Shown here piece after piece: positions 38,307-47,515 of a stretch of 64,000 nt of DNA. The notes beneath the pieces are model-generated. The model was not told the DNA's origin, made no database searches, and saw nothing but the letters and a program-made list of their open reading frames with translations. The DNA is from Ramlibacter sp. (GTDB taxonomy: Bacteria; Pseudomonadota; Gammaproteobacteria; Burkholderiales; Burkholderiaceae_C). How positions within the stretch are numbered: position 1 is the first letter of the stretch; each line of letters begins with the position of its first letter. Both the position numbers and the translations under genes were made by a program. The stretch is taken from positions 15-64,014 of the forward strand of contig JAYRLC010000023.1 in the NCBI GenBank assembly GCA_041905405.1, read 5' to 3'.

Positions 38307-41300
38307 GGTGTCTCGCTTTCGGTGAGGGATTTGGACAGCGTGAAACTGAAGGTGGTGCCCTGGCCGGGCCCGGATGCCACGGTGAACTGTCCGCCGTGGC
38401 GCTCCACGATTTTCTTGCAGATGGACAAGCCGATACCTGTACCTTCGTATTTGGTGCGCGAATGCAGGCGCTGGAAGATGATGAAGATGCGCTGGAAATA
38501 TTCCGGCGCGATGCCGATGCCGTTGTCGGCCACCGAGATGGTCCAGAACTGCGCGTCTTCCACCGCGGTGATGCGCACCACGGGTGGCGCCTCGCCACGG
38601 AATTTGATGGCGTTGCCCACGAGGTTCTGGAACACCTGGGTGAGGCCGGCCTTCTCGCACACGAGCTCGGGCATGGGGCCGCGCTCGATGACGGCGCCGT
38701 TGCGCTCAATGGCGTTGGCCAGATTGGCCAGCGCGTCGTCCAGCGCGCGGTCCAGCCGGATCTGGCGCATCGGGACCTTGGAGCGGCCCGCGCGCGAATA
38801 CATGAGCAGGTCGTCGATCAACTGCTTCATGCGCTGCGCGCCGTCCACCGCGTACTTGATGAATTCGCGCCCGTCGTCGTCGAATTTGTCTGCATAGCGC
38901 CTGGACAGCAGCTGCGTGTAGCTGGCCACCATGCGCAGCGGCTCGGACAGGTCGTGCGACGTCACGTAGGCGAACTGCTCCAGCTCCTGGTTGGAACGGG
39001 TGAGCTCGGCCACGCGCTGGCGGATTTCCTCCTCGGCGCGACGGGCCTCGGTGATGTCGCGCATCAGCGTGACGATCACCCATCGGCCATCCACGTTGAC
39101 GGCGCGCCGCGAAAATTCAATCACTGTGTCGCGTCCGCCCAGGCCCAGCGGATTGACGGTGCGTACGTCTACGATGGCTTCGGGTGCCCGCGAGATGACA
39201 TATTGATAGCCCTTTCGCATCCTGTCCGGATTGAAGGGCTCGTTCGCCGTGGAGTAGTAGCTGGATTCCACCCCCCCCGCCAGCAGCGTTTCGCGTGGCA
39301 CGCCCAGCATCTGCACCGCTGCCTGGTTCACGTCGTAGTACTCGAGTGTTTCCGGGTCGGCGATCATGATGACGTCCACCGCGGCGTCGTAGGCCTGGCG
39401 CAGCAGCTCGAGCTCGGCGACGCGCCGGCGGATTTCGGCTTCGGCACGCTTGCGTTCGGTGATGTCGCGCACGGTGGCCAGGATCAGCCAGCGTCCGTCG
39501 GACTGGATCGCCAGGCGATGTGTCTCGGCCTGGAAGACCGAGCCGTCGCAGCGTACCGCATCGTGCTCCATGTAGTGGATTTCAGGCGAGCGGGCGATCG
39601 TCTCGTCGTACAGCGCTTCCAGATCCGCGGTGCTCATGCCTGGCCGGTTGGCGTTGGGGCGCAAGGCCAGCAGGTCTTCGCGGGTATAGCCATACATGCG
39701 GCAGGCGGCTTCATTCACGTCAATGGTGCGAAGCGTCTCGCGGTCCACCACGAACACGCCGTCGGCGCTGAGGTTGACCACCGCGGCGAAGCGTTCCATG
39801 CGCAGTTGGGCGGCCTTGCGCTCGGTGATATCGCGCACCGTCGCGACAACGAGCCAGCCGTCCTCGGACCGGATGGCCTGGCGATGCACTTCCGCCGGAA
39901 AGCTGCTGCCGTCTGCGCGCATGGCCGTGATCTCGGTCCGTATGACGGCCGGCGAGGCGTGGATGGCGTCGTCGAACTGGCGCTCAAGGTCCTCCTGGGT
40001 CGCTCCGGTGCGGCCCCTGTGCGGGGGCAGTGCCAGGAAGGTGTCGCGCGTATGGCCGTACATACGGCAGGCGGTTTCATTGACGTCGATGATCGACATG
40101 CGGGTGCGGTCAAAAACGAGCACCGCGTCCGCGCTGAGGTTCACGATGGCGGCGAAACGTTCGATGCGGTCCTGCGCTGCCTTTCGCTCCGTGATGTCCC
40201 GCACGACGATGAGGATCAGCCAGCGCCCATCCACCTGCACAGCCTGGCGCAGCGTCTCGGTCACGATGTCGGGCCGTCCCGGCAGGCGAACGCGGCGCTC
40301 CGACGTATGAACTTGTGGATAGTTCTGGATCAGCCAGTTGTGACGCTCCCGGACGCCGTCCAGGGTGAAATTCGCATCATGGTTGTTCAGCCAGCGCATG
40401 AAGCCCGTCATGCCCATGCCCAGAACTTCCTCCCGCGACAGCCCATACAGCCGGCCTGCTGCGTGGTTCAGGTCGATGTACTCGCCGCTGTCGGCGTCCA
40501 CGATGTACATGCCGTCGGGCGCCACATCCACGACGGCCTTCAGCTGCCGCAGTCCGGCCTCGGCGGCCTTGCGCTGCGTGACGTCGCGGGCCGTGATGGC
40601 GATGATCCAGCCGCCGCCGGGCCCGGATTGCAGCGCCTGGCGCTGCACCTCGGCGACGAAGTGGCTGCCGTCGGCGCGCTGGGCGACAAGCTCGGCGTGA
40701 ATGACCTCCGGCGAGCGCCGGATGGCCTCGTCGTAGTCCGCTTCCAGCTGCTGCAGTGTCGTGCTGCCCCGGCTCAGGTGCGGCGGCAGGGCCAGCAGTT
40801 CCTCGCGGGTGTATCCGTGCAGGCGGCAGGCGGCCTCATTCACATCGATGATGCGCATGCTGGCGCGGTCCACCAGCAGCACTGCGTCGGCGCTGAGGTT
40901 CAGCACTGCGGCAAAACGCCCGATGCGCTCCTGCGCAAGCTTGCGCTCGGTGATATCGCGCACGGTCGTCACCACCAGCCAGCGACCCTCGGACCGGATG
41001 GCCATGCGCTGGACCTCGGCATGGAAGCTCCTGCCGTCCGCGCGTCGCGGCTCGACCTCGGTGACGGTCACGCGTGGCGACTGGGCGATCACCTCGTCGT
41101 ATTCGCGCGCCATCCTGGCGGCGGCTTCCTGGTAGGTCCGGGTCAAGCGGTGCACCGGATGGCCGATGAGCTGCTCCCGCGAATAGTCGTACATCCGGCA
41201 GGCGCTGTCGTTGACGTCCACGACGTTCATGGACTCCCGGTCGATCACGAACAGCGCGTCCGCGCTGAGGTTCACGATGGCTGCGAAACGCTCGATGCGG

Positions 41301-44300
41301 GCCAGCGCGGCCTTGCGCTCGCTCAGGTCGCGCACGGTCACCACCATGACCCAGGCCCCGTCGGACAGCAGTGCCTGGCGCCGGACCTCGGCCGCGAACG
41401 TGCTGCCGTCGGGCCGCCGCTCGACCACTTCCTCGTGCACGACGGCCGGGGACTGCCGGATGACGGCGTCGTACCTGGCCGCCAGCTCGTCGCGCGTGGT
41501 GTCCTGCAGGGTCAGGTGCACTGGCAGGGCCATCATCTCGTCGCGCGTGCAGCCGTGCATGGCGCAGGTGGCTTCATTCACGTCAATGACCTGCATGGTC
41601 GACCGGTCGATCAGCATCACGGCGTCGGGGCTCATGTTCACCACCGCCGCGAAGCGTTCAATGCGAGCCTGCGCGGCCTTGCGCTCGGTCAGGTCGCGCA
41701 CGGTGATGACGATCACCCATTCGCCATCGGCCCGCACCGCCTGGCGCTGCGCCTCGGCGGGGAAGCGGCTGCCGTCGGCGCGGATGGCCTGGATTTCGGC
41801 GCGGCTGGTCGCGGGCGACGTGCGGATCATCTCGTCGTACAGCTTTTCCAGTTCTTCGAGCGAGCCGCCGTCCTTGTGCAGATGCGGTGGCATGGTGGTC
41901 AACTGCTCGCGGGTGTAGCCGTACATGCGGCAGGCGGCGTCGTTGACATCCACGATGCGCATGCCGTCACGCTGCACGACGAACACGGCGTCGGCGCTCA
42001 GACTGACAATCGCCGCGAACCGTTCCATGCGGGCCTGTGCGGCCTTGCGTTCGGTAATGTCGCGGGTGACGTTGACGACGAGCCACCGGCCATCCACCTG
42101 GACGGCCTGGCGGACGGTCTCGGTGTGCACGCGGCGGCCGTCGGGCGTGCGCTGGGTACGTTCCTGGGTCTGGGCCTGGGGATGGTTGGCGATCAGCTCC
42201 GCGTAGCTTTCGCGCAGCCTCTCAGGCGTCATGCCTTCGTTGAAGGAGCCCAGCCATTTCAGCAGGCCGGTCATGCCCATGTCCAGCACCTGCTCGCGCG
42301 TGAGGCCGTACAGCGAGCCCGCCGCGCGGTTGACTTCGACGTATTCGAGTTTTTCGGGATCGATGAGGTAGAAGCTGTCGGGCGCCAGGTCGATCGCGGC
42401 CTTGAGCATGTTCAGCCGGGTCTGCTCGGCCTTGCGCTGGGTGATGTCCCGCGCCACGCTGATGACGAGCCAACGGTCGCCCACGCGCGCGGCCCGTCGT
42501 ACCGCTTCGGTAAGGATCGTGCTGCCGTCGGGGCGGCGCACGACGCGCTCCTCGGACACGGCCTGGGGCGCCATGGCGATCAGGTCGTCATAGCGCTGAC
42601 GCAGCAACTGCGGCGTGAACTGCGGGAACATGCCGAGCATGCCGCGTTTCATTACCTCCTGCAGCGGCAGGCCGTGCAGGCGGCAGACGGCGTCGTTCAC
42701 GTGCACATACTGGAAGGTGTCGGGGTCCACGACGGCGATGGCGTCGGGTGCGGCGTCGACGGCGGCCAGCAGCAACTCGAGCTGGGCCTGGGCTGCCAGC
42801 CGCTGCGTGATGTCGCGGTTGACGCTGACGATGATCCAGCGGTCGTCGACGCGGACGGCGCGGCGCGTGGCCTCGACCATGCGTTCGGAGCCGTCCGGCC
42901 GCCGCAGAGGCCGCGTCTCGATGTCGGGCTGGGGGCTTTGCGCAATGACCTTGGCGTACACCTCGCGCAGATGCCGGCGTGCTTCCTCGTCCTGGAACAC
43001 CCCCGTGATGCCGCTGGCCAGCATCCGGGCACGCGGCAGCGCCGTGAGCTGGGCCGCAGCCTCGTTCACGTCGATGTAGTCGAGCGTGGCCGGATCAATG
43101 ACCAGGATCGCATCGGGAGCGGCGTCGATGGCCGCCTTCAGCAGTTCCAGGCGAGCCTGGGCCGCCCGGCGTTCGGTGATGTCACGCATCACGCTGATCA
43201 CAAGCCATTCGCCATCGACGCGGATGGCGCGGCGGATCGATTCGGCCCACACCACGCGTCCGTCGCTGCGCGGAATCTGCCGTTCTTCGGTCAGTGAGTC
43301 GGGGAACCGGCTGATCAGCTCGTCGTAGCGTGCGCGCAGGCCAGCCTCGTCGAACCTGTTGCCGAACGCCCCCCGGACCCCCAGGGCCCGCAGTTCGTCG
43401 CGGGATACGCCGTGCATCCGCGCGGCCGCCTCGTTGACATCGACATAGGCGAAGGTTCGGGGGTCGATGATGTAGATGCCGTCGCCCGACGCGTCGAAGG
43501 CAGCCGTGATGCGCTCCAGATGCCGTTGCTGGCGCTTGCGCGCGGTGATGTCGATGCGGGTGCTCAGGATCAGCCAGCGGCCACCCGAGTGCATGGCGCG
43601 GTGGCGGATCTCCAGCTGCACGGCCGTGCCGTCGGGGCGTGTGGCGCCCTCCTCGCGGACGATGGTTTCGGGGTGCCGCGCCACCACGTCGGCATAAAAC
43701 GGCCGGATGTCTCCTATGTTTCCGAACCGGCGCGCCAGCCCGGCCGGGCCAAGCGCGGCGATGTCCTGCGCGGGAGTGCCCGTAAGCTTCTGGAATGCGT
43801 CGTTGAAGTACAGATAGGACAAAGCCTGCACGTCCACGATGCAGATGGCGTCCGTGGCCTGCTCGAAGGCGGCCTGGAACAGTTCGCGCTGCGCCTGGGT
43901 GGCCACATTTGCCGAGATGTCCCGCCAGGTGATGAAGATCAGCCACCGGCCGTCCACGTTCAGGGCCTGGCGGGTGGCGGCGACCGGAACGGTCCGTCCG
44001 TCGTCGCGGAGAAAGTCGTACTCATGCGTCAGCGCCTGGGGCGAGCGCTTGATGAGTTCCGCATACAGGGCGTGGAAATCCTCATTGCCACTGCCGTCGC
44101 GCCGGCGCAGGGTCGTGGGACCGCGTCGGCGCATCTCCTCCAGGGTCATGCCCATCAACGCGCAGGCGGCTGGATTGGCGTCCAGGAAGACCAGCGTCCG
44201 CGCGTCCACCACCATCGCGGCGTCGGGGCTGAGGAATAGCGCGGAGTTCACACGCGATGCCAGCCCGTCCGCCGCTGTCGTGGCGTGCCGAATCCGGACA

Positions 44301-44614
44301 CAGAAGGCTTGCCTGCCGCCCGTCGTGGAGCGCGTTGCCGCAAGCTCCAGAGGCAGTGCGGTTGCCCCCAGCAGCTTCACGGGTGTGGGAGGGAGCTGGT
44401 CGGTACCTTTCCAGCCTGCGGCATCGGCCAACGGCTCAGGCTGCCAGACCGACGCCGCGGCCATGCCCTGCAGGCCGCCCATGGCGGCCTGCGCCGCCGG
44501 CGCAAGCAGGTCCTGTGCGGCAGGATTGGCATAGACGATGAGGCCGTCCATGACCAGCACGAGCGCGTCGGAAGAGAGTTCGGCAAGGTTCCGGAAATCC
44601 GTGGCGTCGTGCAT
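38303..44614 (-). CDS. 2103-aa cytoplasmic sensor histidine kinase with 15 tandem PAS domains
   Basis: 15 PAS-like units of 122-129 aa, each closed by W(L/V)(V/I)..RD(I/L)T.RK. The C-terminal H-box is FAYVTSHDLSEPLRMV, followed by HATPase N/G boxes. No TM segment was seen. Confidence 0.9.
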   Translation of the reverse strand: MHDATDFRNLAELSSDALVLVMDGLIVYANPAAQDLLAPAAQAAMGGLQGMAAASVWQPEPLADAAGWKGTDQLPPTPVKLLGATALPLELAATRSTTGGRQAFCVRIRHATTAADGLASRVNSALFLSPDAAMVVDARTLVFLDANPAACALMGMTLEEMRRRGPTTLRRRDGSGNEDFHALYAELIKRSPQALTHEYDFLRDDGRTVPVAATRQALNVDGRWLIFITWRDISANVATQAQRELFQAAFEQATDAICIVDVQALSYLYFNDAFQKLTGTPAQDIAALGPAGLARRFGNIGDIRPFYADVVARHPETIVREEGATRPDGTAVQLEIRHRAMHSGGRWLILSTRIDITARKRQQRHLERITAAFDASGDGIYIIDPRTFAYVDVNEAAARMHGVSRDELRALGVRGAFGNRFDEAGLRARYDELISRFPDSLTEERQIPRSDGRVVWAESIRRAIRVDGEWLVISVMRDITERRAAQARLELLKAAIDAAPDAILVIDPATLDYIDVNEAAAQLTALPRARMLASGITGVFQDEEARRHLREVYAKVIAQSPQPDIETRPLRRPDGSERMVEATRRAVRVDDRWIIVSVNRDITQRLAAQAQLELLLAAVDAAPDAIAVVDPDTFQYVHVNDAVCRLHGLPLQEVMKRGMLGMFPQFTPQLLRQRYDDLIAMAPQAVSEERVVRRPDGSTILTEAVRRAARVGDRWLVISVARDITQRKAEQTRLNMLKAAIDLAPDSFYLIDPEKLEYVEVNRAAGSLYGLTREQVLDMGMTGLLKWLGSFNEGMTPERLRESYAELIANHPQAQTQERTQRTPDGRRVHTETVRQAVQVDGRWLVVNVTRDITERKAAQARMERFAAIVSLSADAVFVVQRDGMRIVDVNDAACRMYGYTREQLTTMPPHLHKDGGSLEELEKLYDEMIRTSPATSRAEIQAIRADGSRFPAEAQRQAVRADGEWVIVITVRDLTERKAAQARIERFAAVVNMSPDAVMLIDRSTMQVIDVNEATCAMHGCTRDEMMALPVHLTLQDTTRDELAARYDAVIRQSPAVVHEEVVERRPDGSTFAAEVRRQALLSDGAWVMVVTVRDLSERKAALARIERFAAIVNLSADALFVIDRESMNVVDVNDSACRMYDYSREQLIGHPVHRLTRTYQEAAARMAREYDEVIAQSPRVTVTEVEPRRADGRSFHAEVQRMAIRSEGRWLVVTTVRDITERKLAQERIGRFAAVLNLSADAVLLVDRASMRIIDVNEAACRLHGYTREELLALPPHLSRGSTTLQQLEADYDEAIRRSPEVIHAELVAQRADGSHFVAEVQRQALQSGPGGGWIIAITARDVTQRKAAEAGLRQLKAVVDVAPDGMYIVDADSGEYIDLNHAAGRLYGLSREEVLGMGMTGFMRWLNNHDANFTLDGVRERHNWLIQNYPQVHTSERRVRLPGRPDIVTETLRQAVQVDGRWLILIVVRDITERKAAQDRIERFAAIVNLSADAVLVFDRTRMSIIDVNETACRMYGHTRDTFLALPPHRGRTGATQEDLERQFDDAIHASPAVIRTEITAMRADGSSFPAEVHRQAIRSEDGWLVVATVRDITERKAAQLRMERFAAVVNLSADGVFVVDRETLRTIDVNEAACRMYGYTREDLLALRPNANRPGMSTADLEALYDETIARSPEIHYMEHDAVRCDGSVFQAETHRLAIQSDGRWLILATVRDITERKRAEAEIRRRVAELELLRQAYDAAVDVIMIADPETLEYYDVNQAAVQMLGVPRETLLAGGVESSYYSTANEPFNPDRMRKGYQYVISRAPEAIVDVRTVNPLGLGGRDTVIEFSRRAVNVDGRWVIVTLMRDITEARRAEEEIRQRVAELTRSNQELEQFAYVTSHDLSEPLRMVASYTQLLSRRYADKFDDDGREFIKYAVDGAQRMKQLIDDLLMYSRAGRSKVPMRQIRLDRALDDALANLANAIERNGAVIERGPMPELVCEKAGLTQVFQNLVGNAIKFRGEAPPVVRITAVEDAQFWTISVADNGIGIAPEYFQRIFIIFQRLHSRTKYEGTGIGLSICKKIVERHGGQFTVASGPGQGTTFSFTLSKSLTESETP
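39044..44593 (-). repeat. coding tandem array of 15 diverged PAS modules (period about 366-387 nt)
   Basis: Unit boundaries were counted on the translated protein (aa 8-1857). There are two main unit classes. Confidence 0.8.
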
Positions 44615-44699
44615 GGCCTTTGTGCGGTCAGATCATGGACCCAGTATCGTGTATCACTAAAGCTCGCGCAATCGACCCGGCGGGCCTATACTGTTTCTC

Positions 44700-45245
44700 A
44701 TGTCCGCAACAGGTTCCGGTCAGGCTCAGCGCCTGAAAGTCCTCGTGGTCGATGACCACCATCTCGTGCGCGAGGGGCTCAAACTTGCCCTGCGCCAGAT
44801 TCAGGACGACGTGGAGGTGCTGGAGGCGGACACGTTGGGCAAGGCCATCGAGACCTATCGCGCTCATTCCGATTTCGATCTGGTCCTGCTGGACCTGTCC
44901 ATGCCCGGCACGACAGGCGCGGCGTCCGCGCTGGACGGTTTCGAGCAGAGCTGCCCCGACGCCCGCATCGTGGTGGTGTCGGCTTCCTACGACATGCAGA
45001 CCGTGCAGGGGGCTCTGCGCAAGGGCGCTTTGGGCTTCATCCCCAAGCTTGCCGGCAAGGACGCCCTGCTCAGCGCCCTGCGGTTCGTTCTGGACGGAGG
45101 CATCTATGTCCCACCCGAGGCCGTCGTAGGGGGGCCGCAGGACGCCCCGCCGCGATTCGGCATGGGTGGCGGCAGTCCCTCATCGCCCATGCCGGCGCTG
45201 TCCCGCCAGATCTGGCTGGACGATCCGGCCAGCAAGCACAAATAA
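44700..45245 (+). CDS. NarL/FixJ-type receiver domain protein lacking the LuxR HTH output
   Basis: VLVVDDHHLVREGL...LLDLSMPG...VVVSAS...GFIPK receiver. The C-terminus ends ...ALSRQIWLDDPASKHK, and there is no room for an HTH before thiL. Confidence 0.75.
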   Translation: MSATGSGQAQRLKVLVVDDHHLVREGLKLALRQIQDDVEVLEADTLGKAIETYRAHSDFDLVLLDLSMPGTTGAASALDGFEQSCPDARIVVVSASYDMQTVQGALRKGALGFIPKLAGKDALLSALRFVLDGGIYVPPEAVVGGPQDAPPRFGMGGGSPSSPMPALSRQIWLDDPASKHK

Positions 45246-45272
45246 GCGCTAACGCTGCGCCTGCCGGGCGCA

Positions 45273-46220
45273 TCAGGCGAAGTGGTCGAACGACGCGTAG
45301 GCGGCGTCTACGATGTTGCCTTGCGCGTCCCGCAGGTGCAGGCCGGGCGCGGCGTCGATCACGCCGATGCGCGTGACGGCGGCGCCCGCCCCGGCGGCTG
45401 CATTCAGCACGGCGGCCCGCATCGCGGGCGGCGCGGTGAACGCGAGCTCGTAGTCGTCACCGCCCGCGAGGACGAATTCCAGCCGCCGTTCCCCCTGGTA
45501 AGGGGACGCCATGAGACCCAGCGCGGCTGGTATGTGGATGCATGCACCGACGCCGCTGGCGTGCAGCACGTGTCCCAGGTCGCCCAGCAGGCCGTCGCTC
45601 ACATCGATGGCTGACGTGGCGATGCCGCGCAGCGCGATGCCCAGCGCCACGCGAGGCGTGGGCGTTTCCATGCGTGCCCGCGCGCTTTCGAAAGTGTCCG
45701 CGCCAACGGTCAGCCCGCCGCGAAAGACCTCCAGCGCGAGCCGTGCGTCGCCCAGTGTGCCGCTGACCCACAGGTCGTCGCCAGCCCGCGCGCCGCTGCG
45801 CAGCAGGGCCTGGCCCACCGGCACTTCGCCGAACACGGTGATGCAGATGTTCAGCGGGCCCTGGGTGGTGTCGCCGCCCACCAGCTCACAGCCGTGAGCG
45901 TCCGCCAGCGCCAGCAGGCCGCGCGAGAAAGGCGCAAGAAAGGACTCGTCGGCGCGCGGCAGCGCCAGGGCCAGCGTGAAGGCCAGCGGCTGCGCGCCGC
46001 AGGCCGCCAGATCGCTCAGGTTCACGGCCAGCGCCTTGTGGCCCAGGCGGGCCGGGTCCACGGTGGACAGGAAGTGGCGGCCTTCGACCAGCATGTCGCT
46101 GGACACGGCCAGGTGCATGCCCGGCGATGGCGCGAGCAGCGCGCAGTCGTCTCCGTTGCCCAGGGCGGCGCGGCGCGCCGGCCGCACGAAGAAGCGGCGG
46201 ATCAGATCGAACTCACCCAT
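45273..46220 (-). CDS. thiL: thiamine-phosphate kinase
   Basis: MGEFDLIRRFF...GNGDDCALL...SSDMLVEGRHF. Confidence 0.9.
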   Translation of the reverse strand: MGEFDLIRRFFVRPARRAALGNGDDCALLAPSPGMHLAVSSDMLVEGRHFLSTVDPARLGHKALAVNLSDLAACGAQPLAFTLALALPRADESFLAPFSRGLLALADAHGCELVGGDTTQGPLNICITVFGEVPVGQALLRSGARAGDDLWVSGTLGDARLALEVFRGGLTVGADTFESARARMETPTPRVALGIALRGIATSAIDVSDGLLGDLGHVLHASGVGACIHIPAALGLMASPYQGERRLEFVLAGGDDYELAFTAPPAMRAAVLNAAAGAGAAVTRIGVIDAAPGLHLRDAQGNIVDAAYASFDHFA

Positions 46221-47442
46221 GGGTCACCCCTGCTGGCGCGGAAGGCGCATCCGTTCTCAGTCTGTCGCCAGACCAGCGTAGCGCCCGCGACGCGATCGGT
46301 GGGCCTACCGTTTCCAGCACAGCCACCGCCGCCAGCACGATCGAGCTGACCACGGCGCCGTCGGCCGGAAACAGTGAAACCGTGGTGTTCACAAGGCCGA
46401 TAGCCAGTCCAGCCATGGGAATGAGCAGCAGTCCGGTGGTGGCAGCCTGCTGCGTGGGTACGCCCGCCAGGCGCGCGGCCATTCCAACGCCCATCCATTT
46501 GGCCAGCGAACGGCCGATCACGAAGACGGCTGCGGCAGGCGCGTACTGAACCATCTCGGCAACATGCAGGTTGGCCCCCGCATAGACGAACAGCGCAATG
46601 AAAAACAGCTCGAACGCCGGCCCGAATTCGATATCGGCGACCAGCTCCTTTTGTTCCAGACTACGCACCACGATACCCAGCACCAGTGGTGCGAACAGCG
46701 GCGACAACTTCAACATCATGGCCAGGCCGAGTGTGAGCGCCACGGCTCCCACCACCAGTGCGAGCAGATACTGGGGCGCCGTCTTGGTACGTCGCGCCGC
46801 GTGATGCAGCAGCCAGCCCACGAAGGCGCCCAGCGCGGCCGATCCCAGCAACCTGTACAGCGGGGCCAGCAGCATCGTGGACAGTGGTGCATCGGCGCGG
46901 TTGTACATCAGCGGCAGCAGCGCGGCGAACGCTACAAAAGCCAGCACATTGTTCAGTGCGACCAGACTCTTGGCGCGTTCGGTGACCGGGCCATGCGCGC
47001 CCAGCTCATGCGATACGTGCAGCAATACGGCGGGCGACGATGACACGGCAATCGCGGCGATGACCGCCGCGGGCAGACCGCGCACGCCCACCAGGTCCAG
47101 CGTGAAATACACGATCACAAAGGTCAGCGAGCATTCGCTCAGCGAGACCACCAGCAGCCGGCGATCATGCGCCAGCTTTTTGATGTCCAGCGACAGGCCT
47201 AGCCGGTACAGGATGAGCCCCAGTGCGATGTCGATGACAACGCGGGCACCCGCCAAACCTTCATGGCTTACCAGGTGCAGCACATTGGGCCCTGCCACGA
47301 AGCCCACCAGCATGAAGCCAGTGATACTGGGCAGCCACGGCCAGCGATGCGCTACATAGCCGCCAAGCGCACCGCAAAACAGCAGAAACCCGAAGAAGAA
47401 CAGCGCATTCGCCGCAATCGGCCAGGCGGGCAGGAAATCCAT
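46213..47442 (-). CDS. CPA2-family cation:proton antiporter, membrane domain only
   Basis: 409 aa, multi-TM, Kef/NapA-like sequence. No C-terminal RCK/KTN domain. 8-nt overlap with thiL. Confidence 0.85.
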   Translation of the reverse strand: MDFLPAWPIAANALFFFGFLLFCGALGGYVAHRWPWLPSITGFMLVGFVAGPNVLHLVSHEGLAGARVVIDIALGLILYRLGLSLDIKKLAHDRRLLVVSLSECSLTFVIVYFTLDLVGVRGLPAAVIAAIAVSSSPAVLLHVSHELGAHGPVTERAKSLVALNNVLAFVAFAALLPLMYNRADAPLSTMLLAPLYRLLGSAALGAFVGWLLHHAARRTKTAPQYLLALVVGAVALTLGLAMMLKLSPLFAPLVLGIVVRSLEQKELVADIEFGPAFELFFIALFVYAGANLHVAEMVQYAPAAAVFVIGRSLAKWMGVGMAARLAGVPTQQAATTGLLLIPMAGLAIGLVNTTVSLFPADGAVVSSIVLAAVAVLETVGPPIASRALRWSGDRLRTDAPSAPAGVTHG

Positions 47443-47515
47443 GGAAGGAACTGGCGGGCTATGGGGACCCGCCGATCATAGCCACCCCTATGCGCTTGAC
47501 CAGCTTGCGGCCGAG

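Noticed and set aside
38303-38980. The idea that the giant kinase is a bacteriophytochrome, based on the SHDLxEPLR H-box and the adjacent Rcp1-like regulator.
   Set aside because: No GAF or PHY domain and no chromophore-binding Cys context are visible. Only PAS units precede the kinase core.
38396-43297. 1633-aa plus-strand ORF opposite the giant kinase.
   Set aside because: The antisense frame is open because of GC-rich codon usage. Its translation is H/G/R/V-rich with no domain-like pattern, whereas the minus strand gives clean PAS repeats and kinase motifs.
39044-44593. Regularly spaced repeats, which could be mistaken for a CRISPR or other non-coding array.
   Set aside because: The period is about 370-390 nt, the copies are diverged, and the whole stretch is one continuous high-GC3 reading frame encoding PAS domains.
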